From Octopus sinensis (Eukaryota): a stretch of DNA of 64,000 bases. Location: the NCBI RefSeq assembly GCF_006345805.1, contig NC_043011.1, forward strand, positions 45,830,464 to 45,894,463, given 5' to 3'. Shown here one piece after another: positions 1 through 9,805 of this stretch. Each line of letters opens with the position of its first letter. The stretch's first letter is position 1. A model generated the notes under the pieces. It was given only the letters and a program-made list of their open reading frames with translations, made no database searches and was not told the origin of the DNA. The translations under genes were made by a program, and so were the position numbers.

Positions 1-17
1 CCGGGCAATACTGCTAG
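1..17 (+). mobile_element. 3' terminus of a Helitron extending left of the window
   Basis: CCGGGCAATACTGCTAG|T matches the 3' end at 31043-31060. Confidence 0.6.
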
Positions 18-44
18 TTACATATTTAGTATATATATATATTT

Positions 45-402
45 AGGTGTGGCTGTGTGGTAAGAAGCTTGCTTCCCAGTCACATGGTTCAGGGTTCAAT
101 CCCACTGCATGACTGTTTTCTACTATAGCCTTCTGCCGATCAAAGCCTTGTGAGTGGATTTGGTAGATGGAAACTGAAAGAAGCCAATCATATATATATG
201 TGTATGTGTGTGTGTGAGTGCCTTTGCATCTGTGTTTGTCCCCCACCTCCCACCACAACTTGCATCCCCATAACTTGGTGGTTCTGCAAAAGAGGCCAGG
301 CTTAAAAAATAAATGTATTGGGTCGATTCATGCAGCTTAAAATTCAGGGCAGTGCACCAGCATGGCTGCAGTCACATGACTGATACAAGTAAAAGGTAAA
401 AG

Positions 403-403
<1 letters not shown>
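45..403 (+). mobile_element. tRNA-derived SINE family A (internal (TA/TG)n)
   Basis: The head GGTGTGGCTGTGTGGTAAG...GGTTCAATCCC has A/B-box-like motifs and the tail is TGATACAAGTAAAAG. Copies also lie at 15490-15890(-), 16170-16560(-), 26418-26880(+), 33178-33620(+), 42871-43262(+) and 50985-51366(-). Confidence 0.85.
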
Positions 404-438
<35 letters not shown>

Positions 439-576
439 ATATATATATGTGTGTGTATATATATATGTATATATATATATATGTGTGTGTGTGTGTATAT
501 ATATATATATGTATATATATGTGTGTGTGTATATATATATATATATGTATACATATATATAATATATATTATAATG

Positions 577-614
<38 letters not shown>

Positions 615-652
615 AATATAATTTATATATATATATAATGTATACATATATA

Positions 653-690
<38 letters not shown>

Positions 691-694
<4 letters not shown>

Positions 695-932
695 GGAAGA
701 GGGAAACAAAATCAAGGCAGGACAAGCTTATCAGTTCATTTAAATTATTTTAATGGTGAACCGAAGTAAGAAAAAGTAAATAATAGTGTCTTACAGCTGT
801 TTCTGGGATGGGATATCTCAGAAACAGCTGTAAGACACTATTATTTACTTTTTCTTACTTTGATTCACCATTGAAATAATTTAAATGAACTGATAAGCTT
901 GTCCTGCCTTGATTTTGTTTCCCTCTTCCTTT
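691..932. repeat. Palindrome a1 (about 115-bp arms, tiny loop); a duplicate lies at 1973-2214
   Basis: TAAAGGAAGAGGGAAAC...CAGCTGTTTCTG / CAGAAACAGCTG...GTTTCCCTCTTCCTTTA are reverse complements with few mismatches. Confidence 0.95.
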
Positions 933-1104
933 AATTTATACCTGTTGACTCGAAAGTAGGCTTTGGATACCCAACTCCAGCACTCATTGTGAACTTGAAT
1001 CCTAGTAGCTTATCAATGGGAGCACTCAGACAGCATACCTATTAGTTTAGATCACTAGTGGCCTAAACTCTTCCTATTCTATATATATATATATATATAT
1101 ATAT

Positions 1105-1438
1105 GGCGCATGGCTCAGTGGTTAGAGCGTCGAGCTTACGATCGTGAGGTTGTGAGCTCGAATCCCGGACCGGGCTGCGTGTTGTGTTCTTGAGCAAGGC
1201 ACTTTATTTCACGTTGCTCCAGTTCACTCAGCTGTAGAAATGGGTTGCGACGTCACTGGTGCCAAGCTGTATCAACCTTTGTCTTTCCCTTGGATAACAC
1301 TGGTGGCGTGGAGAGGGGAGGCTGGTATACATGGGCGACTGCTGGTCTTCCATAAACAACCTTGCCCAGACTTGTGTCTAGGAGGGTAACTTTCTAGGTG
1401 CAATCCCATGGTCATTCATGACCGAAGGGGGTCTTTAC
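1105..1438 (+). mobile_element. tRNA-derived SINE family D; duplicate at 2381-2714 and an older copy at 49322-49642(-)
   Basis: The head GGCGCATGGCTCAGTGGTTAGAGC...GAGCTCGAATCCCGG is followed by a CTTGAGCAAGGCACTTTA core. Confidence 0.85.
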
Positions 1439-1681
1439 CTTATATATATATATACATATATATATAGGTTATGAGAGGTAATGGTGTCAGTGAGACACAA
1501 AGGTGTCAGGTAATGCTGAATAAGTGCTATGGATAGACCATAGTTAAGTTCCAGATTTGGTGATTATGTGAATAATGGGTCCATCTTAGGTCATATATCA
1601 GTGTGTGTATATAAAAAATATTTTTTGTATTGAGAAAAAAACCCAAGGCTGTATAGATTTTAGAACATATATAAATAGAAG

Positions 1682-1729
1682 GTCTTACAGCTGTTTCTAG
1701 TATATTTATTATATCCCTTCATCAGAGAC
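1682..1729 (-). ncRNA. Minimal type I hammerhead ribozyme motif (Penelope-like), left arm of palindrome b1
   Basis: RNA: GUCU-CUGAUGA-A-GGGAUAU(AAUAA)AUAUACU-A-GAAAC-AGCU-GUA-AGAC. Stem I is GUCU/AGAC, stem III is short with a palindromic loop, and the triplet is GUA. Stem II has a mismatch and a non-canonical base. Confidence 0.7.
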
Positions 1730-1826
1730 GGTGTGAGAAGATGGTTAAGCAATAGTTAATTTAGATGACCACTCTCTATTTCGTATCTTATCTAAATTAA
1801 CTATTGCTTAACTGACTTCTCACACC

Positions 1827-1874
1827 GTCTCCGATGAAGGGATATAATAAATATCCTAGAAACAGCTGTAAGAC
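1827..1874 (+). ncRNA. Hammerhead motif, right arm of palindrome b1 (core U4>C)
   Basis: GTCT-CCGATGA-A-GGGATAT(AATAA)ATATCCT-A-GAAAC-AGCT-GTA-AGAC. Confidence 0.65.
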
Positions 1875-1941
1875 CTTCTATTTATAAATGTTCTAAAATC
1901 TACACAGCCATGGGTTTTTTTCTCATTACGAAAATATATAT

Positions 1942-1972
<31 letters not shown>

Positions 1973-2958
1973 TAAAGGAAGAGGGAAACAAAATCAAGGC
2001 AGGACAAGCTTATCAGTTCATTTAAATTATTTTAATGGTGAACCGAAGTAAGAAAAAGTAAATAATAGTGTCTTACAGCTGTTTCTGGGATGGGATATCT
2101 CAGAAACAGCTGTAAGACACTATTATTTACTTTTTCTTACTTTGATTCACCATTGAAATAATTTAAATGAACTGATAAGCTTGTCCTGCCTTGATTTTGT
2201 TTCCCTCTTCCTTTAATTTATACCTGTTGACTCGAAAGTAGGCTTTGGATACCCAACTCCAGCACTCATTGTGAACTTGAATCCTAGTAGCTTATCAATG
2301 GGAGCACTCAGACAGCATACCTATTAGTTTAGATCACTAGTGGCCTAAACTCTTCCTATTCTATATATATATATATATATGGCGCATGGCTCAGTGGTTA
2401 GAGCGTCGAGCTTACGATCGTGAGGTTGTGAGCTCGAATCCCGGACCGGGCTGAGTGTTGTGTTCTTGAGCAAGGCACTTTATTTCACGTTGCTCCAGTT
2501 CACTCAGCTGTAGAAATGGGTTGCGACGTCACTGGTGCCAAGCTGTATCAACCTTTGTCTTTCCCTTGGATAACACTGGTGGCGTGGAGAGGGGAGGCTG
2601 GTATACATGGGCGACTGCTGGTCTTCCATAAACAACCTTGCCCAGACTTGTGTCTAGGAGGGTAACTTTCTAGGTGCAATCCCATGGTCATTCATGACCG
2701 AAGGGGGTCTTTACCTTATATATATATATACATATATATATAGGTTATGAGAGGTAATGGTGTCAGTGAGACACAAAGGTGTCAGGTAATGCTGAATAAG
2801 TGCTATGGATAGACCATAGTTAAGTTCCAGATTTGGTGATTATGTGAATAATGGGTCCATCTTAGGTCATATATCAGTGTGTGTATATAAAAAATATTTT
2901 TTTGTATTGAGAAAAAAACCCAAGGCTGTATAGATTTTAGAACATATATAAATAGAAG

Positions 2959-3006
2959 GTCTTACAGCTGTTTCTAGTATATTTATTATATCCCTTCATC
3001 AGAGAC
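2959..3006 (-). ncRNA. Hammerhead motif, left arm of palindrome b2 (duplicate of 1682-1729)
   Basis: Identical sequence at offset +1277. Confidence 0.7.
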
Positions 3007-3103
3007 GGTGTGAGAAGATGGTTAAGCAATAGTTAATTTAGATGACCACTCTCTATTTCGTATCTTATCTAAATTAACTATTGCTTAACTGACTTCTCGC
3101 ACC

Positions 3104-3151
3104 GTCTCCGATGAAGGGATATAATAAATATCCTAGAAACAGCTGTAAGAC
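3104..3151 (+). ncRNA. Hammerhead motif, right arm of palindrome b2 (duplicate of 1827-1874)
   Basis: Identical sequence at offset +1277. Confidence 0.65.
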
Positions 3152-3207
3152 CTTCTATTTATAAATGTTCTAAAATCTACACAGCCATGGGTTTTTTTCT
3201 CATTACG

Positions 3208-3250
<43 letters not shown>

Positions 3251-4751
3251 TCTGTAAAATGGTTGGTGTTAGGAAGGCCATTCTACCATAGAATCCAAGC
3301 CAAAACAGAATATGGAACCTGGTGCGTCTCCTAGCCTTACTAGTTCCTGTCAAGCTGTTCAACTCATACCAGCATGGAAAACAGACGTTAAATGTTGATG
3401 ATGATTAAACAATATAACAACTTTAAAGTAAAGGTCTGTGTTTTATTAAAAGTTTTTCAAACAACAAATTTGAGATAAAAAGCAACTTTCCATGTATAAC
3501 AAACTGAGTCTGTTATAGATGGAAATAGAGATGACCTTTGAATATAGAGGTTCCAACACTGATGGACATTTAAATGGCAGCAAATATCATCTCAGACCAG
3601 ATTTTGTCTGTTGTAAACCATAGGGCAAGATAGAGAATTTGTGAGAGGTTACTGGCTTTAATAACTAAGCTGGATAAGCATAATTAATACAGTAAGTGCT
3701 GCAGGAAAAAAAGAGAAAGAAATAGTTTAAGAAAGTATTGTGTAATAGATACTCTTTGTTAATATTAGAATAGATAAATTGGCAGAGTTGGTATCATGTT
3801 GGGCACAATGCTTAGTGGTATGTTGTCTATCCTATCTTTCTGAGATTAAATTTTGCTGGGGTTTGGTTTTGCCTTTCATCCTTTATTCAGTTATTCATCC
3901 TTTATACCAGTTATTCATTGGGGTTGGTGTAATTGACTTGCCCCCCTCCCTTAAAATCACTGGTCTTCTGCCAAAATTTGAAACCAATATTAGAATAAAT
4001 GAGAAAAATAAAGTGAAATGCTAAACTGTTATTGTCAATTAAAATTGCCAAATTTTAATTGTCCAAATATAGCTAATCAACTAGAATGGCTGTAATATTT
4101 GTACTTTTTCACATCCCCATTAAAATTCAGAATCCCTAGAAACAATACTGATTTGAAATTTTGGCACAAATCCAGCAATTTATTTATTTATTAATTTTTT
4201 TTGGCGGGGTTTATGTTGATTACATTACCCCAAATGCTCAACTGGTACTTTTTAACCCTGAAAAAATGAAAGATGATCTCAACAGCATTTGAACTCAGAA
4301 CGTAAAGATGCACAAAATACTTCTGAACATTCTGCCCCATAGAAACAATATTAAATGTTATCTTTATGTAATATTATCCATACTTTTTAAAAATTCAATG
4401 TAATATTCATTTGAATTTGCTTGTAGAATTAGAAGCAAATGAAATTATATCTTATGTACAAATGACATGTTTGAATTAACTAAAAGTTTACTACGAACCA
4501 GTTTTATTTAAAAATTATACATGTTTCTGAGAGAAAGGTAAAAACATATCTTTATTTAATGTTCACATTGTCATGCTTGCATTGACCAGAGGCAAGTTTT
4601 TTTCACTGCCTGATAATCTTCCTGATGCCAACTTTCATCTATTTCAAAGCATGGTTAAATTTCCCTATGGGAGACTGGAAATGAAAAACATGATGGAAAT
4701 GATGAAGATGATGTGGATTTGTAACCATCACATGATGACTAGACAGGAGTG

Positions 4752-4787
<36 letters not shown>

Positions 4788-6098
4788 TGATTGACTTTTT
4801 TGACTTTCTGACTACCAGATCCACTCACAAATCTTTGGTTGGCCCAGAGCTATAATAGAAGACCTTTTCCCAAGGTTCCACATGGTGGGACTGAACCCAA
4901 GACCACACAGCTATGTCTGAACCTACAGCTCTACCTGTGCCTACTTAAAAGATAATCAAAATTCAAATGTATTCAGTACATCTTACTGATGAGCAATGAA
5001 TCCAGAAATACTGAGATGAATATAACGAGAATTATGAACAAAACTGCAGGATAATATGAGCATTGTCTAACTAACTGGCACCTCATTGGTTATGACAATG
5101 AGGGTTCCAGCTGATCTGACCAATGAAACAACCTGCTCGTGAAATTTACATGCATGTGGATGAGCATGCAACAAACACATGTACCTATAACATAGTTCTC
5201 AGGAAGATTCAGTGTGACACTGTGTGTGACAAGGCTGGCCCTTTGAAATATAGATACAACTCAATTTTTGCCTGCTGAGTGGACTGGAGTAACATGAAAT
5301 AAAGTGCCTTGCTCAAGGAGCACAATGTGTCGCTGGGAACTGAACTCACAACCTTACGATTGTGAGCTGAATAGATATGACAAACTATAACAAACTATTA
5401 TAAATAGTATGCATGATACAACGCGTCACCAGACTTTGGTGCCCAGGGGTGCTTCAGAACATTCTGGGTGGGCACTAATTTGTAATAATGCTAAAGCGGA
5501 GTGTCTGTTGTAAACCATAGGGCAAGATAGACCAGCCCCCAAAATGGATGGCACTGGAGCGAGTGATCAATGTCAGACCAGCCGGGTGACAGGTTGAGTG
5601 ATCACTGGCGAGGTGACTTTCTGATGCCTGGTTGAGTAAGAGGGCACCATAGCATGCATGGAAGCCGCTGGTGTGAGCCCAGGTGAAGCCGACCACAGGT
5701 GCAGATCTTGGTAGTAGTAGCAAATACTCAAGAGGAAGAAAGGAAGACAGAGAGAGAAAATGAAATGATTGTGGAGCCGCAAAGCGTGTGGTGCTGTCGG
5801 CTGAGTATGTCCTTTGTCGGGCAGGTGGCTGCAGTGCTAAGTGGGCCACTAATTTGTAATAATGCTGAAGTGGAGTTTCAAAATAAGTATATCGCTGTAA
5901 ATCTGAGAGTGCCCCATTGAATAGTGAAGAGGCAGTGCTGTCTAGTGCACCCTCTCCCTTGTGACAGGCATGATATATGATATGATACAAGGCTTTTGAT
6001 TGTGGTGTAAAGAAAATGATATACAAATATAATACATACAGAAAAGAGGTAGGAAATAATGTTCTGTAAGTTTTGTTGATGAATTTTATACTCTACAC

Positions 6099-6317
6099 CA
6101 GTGCTTTTCAGACTTTTTGCTGGAGCGGAACCCCAAGGAAACATTCCACTGGCTCGAGGAACCCCTGTGTAATGATTTAATAGTCTTATGCACACATATC
6201 TGCACAGGAGAATTAAAAATTACTGCTGATTTTAGCAGTTTTGTAACTTCTTGCGGAACCCCTAGACTGTACTGGCAGAACCCTAAGATTCTGCGGAACC
6301 CTGGTTGAAAACCACTG
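6099..6317. mobile_element. hAT (Charlie-like) MITE, 219 bp
   Basis: The TIRs are CAGTGCTTTTCA / TGAAAACCACTG. The 8-bp TSD is CTCTACAC (6091-6098 and 6318-6325). Confidence 0.85.
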
Positions 6318-7294
6318 CTCTACACATACACACTTTTGTGTGTCAACAACAAAGAAACCAATAGAACATGTATGTATGTTTAGTACAATAGTTCTGGCAA
6401 AGCAGCTCTATACCATTGACAGAAATTTTGGGTTAGGAAAGAGCTATCTGTCTTAGCTATTGGTAAAAGGCAGCTTAGTTCTTCTGTGGGTTTGGCCACA
6501 GCTCTGATAGTTGGAAGCAGACTGGTAGTGCCTGAGTTGTTTGTAATGGCTTTGTCTGAATTTCAGATTTTTTAGTTGGTCTACTGTGTGGTTACTTACA
6601 ATATCTTTTGTAATACTTCCACAATTACTGCTAGAAAAACTGTGTACAACAGTACTTTGACTGAGTACTGTATCTTCAGGCTGTGTTGATCAGTTTTGCC
6701 ACTCTGGCTCGGCTGCATACTTGAGAATAATTACTAACAATTTCTGTTGAGTTCCCCTGCAATAATTCTTTTTAAGAATGACTCTTATTAATATAGCATC
6801 AGTAAAAGTCACTAATTGGTCTGAATGGTGATAATGAAAACACGTCTATTGAAGAATTAGGCACACTAGCTGATTGTATGAAAGATGATGATGCTAGTGT
6901 ATCTGGGTGGATGAATAGCTGTTGTATCAGTTGATTGTTCTGAAATGTGATGCTGTAGGCATACTTGTTTACGAAATAGGTGGACTAGTTGATTAGAAAA
7001 GTTGATGATGTAGGCGTGTTTTGTCTGACGAATGACATGGCTCACCTGTTGATTATTCCAAATGATGATGTCATTTGATAACAGCCTGTCTAAGGTTAGA
7101 TGGTTGTTGACAAAAGCAAACAGACAATTTTGTAAATCTATGTTTCAGTCATTTGAATACTACAAATATAAACACGTGAATTATTCAGCTGATTGTAAAC
7201 AAAAAGTCTCGCTGTTTATACAAACGGGGCTGTTTGTTTGTAGCCCACCTTGAAAGCATGTTCAAGCTTCTTCTCTTTATTTAGATTATTTTCA

Positions 7295-7727
7295 TTCGGC
7301 CGATGCCAGCACTGCCCCGACTGGCTTCTGTGCCGGTGGCACATAAAAAGCACCATTCGAACGTGGCCGATGCCAGCGCCGCCCCGACTGGCTCCTGTGC
7401 CGGTGGCACATAAAAAGCACCATCCGAACGTTGCCAGCGCTGCCTTGGCTGGCTACCATGCCACTGGCACGTTAAAAGCTCCAACCGATCGTGGCCGATG
7501 CCGGACACACCCCCCCCTGGCGCCTGTGCAGGTGGCACGTAAAAAGCACCCACTACACTCGTGGAGTGGTTGGCGTTAGGAAGGGCATCCAGCCGTAGAA
7601 ACTCTGCCAGATCAGACTGGAGCCTGGAGCAGCCCCTGGCTTCCCAGACTCTGGTCGAACCGTCCAACTCGTGCTAGCGCGGAAAACGGACGTTAAACGA
7701 TGGTGATGATGATGATGATGATGATGA
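7295..7727 (+). mobile_element. SINE family C (GGAAGGGCATCCAGC domain, RTE-like (GAT)n tail) with tandemly repeated 5' module
   Basis: GAGTGGTTGGCGTTAGGAAGGGCATCCAGC...GGACGTTAAACGATGATG. Copies also lie at about 3250, 8695(-), 13785, 17150, 19340(-), 43420, 48606 and 58474. Confidence 0.8.
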
Positions 7728-7758
7728 CGGATATTGGTCCTCATCTTGTTTGTTGTTA

Positions 7759-7802
7759 ACACAATGTTTCGGCTGATATACCCTCCAGCCTTCTTCAGGT
7801 GT
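7759..7802 (-). ncRNA. Minimal type I hammerhead motif, second family, left arm of palindrome 7729-7961
   Basis: ACAC-CUGAAGA-A-GGCUG(gaggguauau)CAGCC-GAAAC-AUU-GUGU. The other arm reads GAAACGUU, so the consensus stem III is palindromic ACGU. Confidence 0.7.
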
Positions 7803-7889
7803 CTTGGGGAAATTTCGAATCTGGGTTCTCATTCCTAAGGTAGGGGAATTTTGAACCTGGGTTCTCATTCTTAAGGTAATTTCCCCAAG

Positions 7890-7933
7890 ACACCAGAAGA
7901 AGGCTGGAGGGTATATCAGTCGAAACGTTGTTA
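7890..7933 (+). ncRNA. Hammerhead motif, right arm of palindrome 7729-7961 (core U4>A, stem I partly lost)
   Basis: ACAC-CAGAAGA-A-GGCTG(gagggtatat)CAGTC-GAAAC-GTT-GTTA. Confidence 0.55.
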
Positions 7934-9065
7934 GCAACAAACAAGATGAGGACAAATATCCTTTGAATGTAAATAATGTACTTAATTCACCGTCTCTTGA
8001 ATATAGAACTGTATGCTTCTTCTCTTTGTTTGATTGACTGAAGGAGTATTACCTCAAATTTCTAACATCAGAAAAGGCATCAGGCTGTAGAAAATTCTGC
8101 CTCAACAAAGTCTAATTTGAGTCATGCAAGCACAGAAAAGCAAATGTTAAAACAATGATGAACTAAAGAATATAAATTTCCACTTCAAATTTTATATTTT
8201 ACTGATCATTTAAAGTTTCAAAAACATTGCAAAACAAAACCAGAAATCCAAAGAATTTCCATCTTTTTACTCTATTAGTGAGTTCTGTAAGACTGCTTTA
8301 CGTTTTGATAATATCTTGAAGATTGTTTACTTGGAATTCTCTCCCCTTGGCTTTCTTTACTTGACATTCTCTACCCTCGCATTGAACTGCGGCCACACTG
8401 AAGCATTATCTTAAAGGAATTTTAGTCAATCATGTTGAACCCTGTATTTATTTCAGTCTGGTATTTATTGCATCAGTTTCTGTTTGTTGGATTGCTAAGT
8501 TATAAACCATGGGGTAGTGGGTGAGAAAACATAAGCAACACTGGTTATACAAGAAGTTTCTGCACAGTCTCCATCAACTGAATTCTGCTCACTTGAGGAG
8601 GCTTGTGTAGAAGATTCTTGCCCAGTGTGTTGTAAAACGAAATCAAACCAAAAAAAAAAAAATGGTTAAAAAATAAACCTTTTAACCACTCAACTCATTA
8701 TCATCATCATTTAATGTCTGGTTTCCATGCTGGCATGGGTTGGACGGTTTGACAGGAGCTGGTCAAGCAGAAAATTGCACCAGACTTCTGTGTCTGTTTT
8801 GACATGGTTTTTATTGCTGGATGTCCTTCCTAACACCAACTGTCACTAATGTTTTCAACCATGTTTTTAGATTTTTATGTAAAAATTCCATTCTTCTTAT
8901 GTGTTACCATAATTTTTTCCTTCTCTTTTTAGTTAGAAAAACTTCAAATCTATATCCACTGATTCTTCTATTTCGGTTTGCTTGTTTTAAAATAATTATA
9001 GAAAAGTTTCATCGTAGTGAACAGAATGATGAAATCATTAACATGAAACGTCCCTGTTGGGCAGT

Positions 9066-9805
9066 TTAACCCTTTAGCTTTCAGGTTACTCTGTCAAATG
9101 TAATGCTTATCTATTCACATCGTATTGAATTAACCATTTACCCTAAAGTCCAACTCTAAAGTCTACCCTAAATTCCAACCCCTCCTCAAAGCGGTAGGGT
9201 GGTGTAAACAGGCAGTGTCAGAGCTATGCCGTCGGGAACTTCGGTTCCTGGTAGGGCCATCCAAGGCGTATTGGTCTGGCACCAAGCGGTATTAGGGCCG
9301 CAGCCTGGCCAACGGGGCTCTGGTAAAAATTCCAAGAGGCATCTGATCGGTGGCTTCAGGGTCATTCTGTCCCTGCATCTGTGGAGACTCACAGCAAACA
9401 GGGCGTCCAGTCACTTGGGATATGCATGCGGGATGTCGGGGACCACTTGTGAATTCAGTATTCCCACGAAACTTCTTCTATGAATCCTATGGAACTGTGA
9501 ATGGCTTGCTATCTCCAGTAAACTCACACAGGACCATCGAGTGTGGGCTGCCATGGTTCGTGATGCTGTCAGGACTAGAGAAGAAGCCGGCTCGACCTGC
9601 CCTGGGGGAACGCCGTCACAAGTACAAGTACAGGTAAGAATTAACCATGCATAATCTCCATAGCTTTTAGACTTTGATGATGTGATTGTTTATTTTTAAA
9701 ATGACATTATAGGGTAGGTCTGAGAGGCCAGATGTGGATCATTTGAACATAAACTAGGTTAGATATTAGGGCTGGATGTGGCCTGTTTAAATACTAAAAG
9801 GTTAA
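9066..9805. mobile_element. piggyBac-type MITE interrupted by the retro-insertion at 9138-9637
   Basis: The termini are TTAA|CCCTTTAGC...TAAAAGG|TTAA. The body matches the other copies in the window. Confidence 0.7.
9138..9637 (+). mobile_element. 5'-truncated non-LTR retrotransposon (RTE-like) 3' end with 11-bp target-site duplication
   Basis: The TSD is GAATTAACCAT (9127-9137 and 9638-9648). The GC-rich body ends in a WAAMVRDAVRTREEAGST-like C-terminus and a (CAAGTA)n tail. Confidence 0.7.

Larger units (their letters stand above)
1618..1935. repeat. Palindrome b1 (about 140-bp arms); a duplicate lies at about 2894-3212
   Basis: The arms TATTTTTTGTATTGAGAAAAAAACCC...TTTAGAT and ATCTAAA...GGGTTTTTTTCTCATTACGAAAATA surround a short spacer. 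Confidence 0.95.
691..3246. repeat. Near-identical tandem duplication, unit about 1.28 kb
   Basis: 691-1972 versus 1973-about 3246. The offset goes 1282, 1276, 1277 owing to a (TA)n length change and one T indel. I saw two substitutions. The breakpoints are in (TA)n. Confidence 0.95.

Noticed and set aside
372-647. YI/CV/HT-rich ORFs here and at 12151-12367, 33167-33454, 39507-39887, 41532-42008, 50549-51029 and similar
   Set aside because: They are translations of (TA)n, (TG)n and (CA)n microsatellites and SINEs.
1105-1180. tRNA gene calls for tRNA-like heads (also 29417, 45079, 58741)
   Set aside because: The cloverleaf acceptor stems are incomplete and each head continues into a repeated SINE body.
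4981-5016. TCTTA-CTGATGA...GAAA-TAC-TGAGA hammerhead-like string
   Set aside because: There is no convincing stem II and stem III is one nucleotide short. It could be chance or a very old relic.
5475-6026. 183-aa minus-strand ORF
   Set aside because: It has no recognisable domain and crosses the junctions of a patchwork insertion.
6430-7200. Possible ancient LINE relics here and at about 9950-10210, 20260-20880 and 61690-61990
   Set aside because: Only faint peptide resemblance by eye. They cannot be assigned without a profile search.
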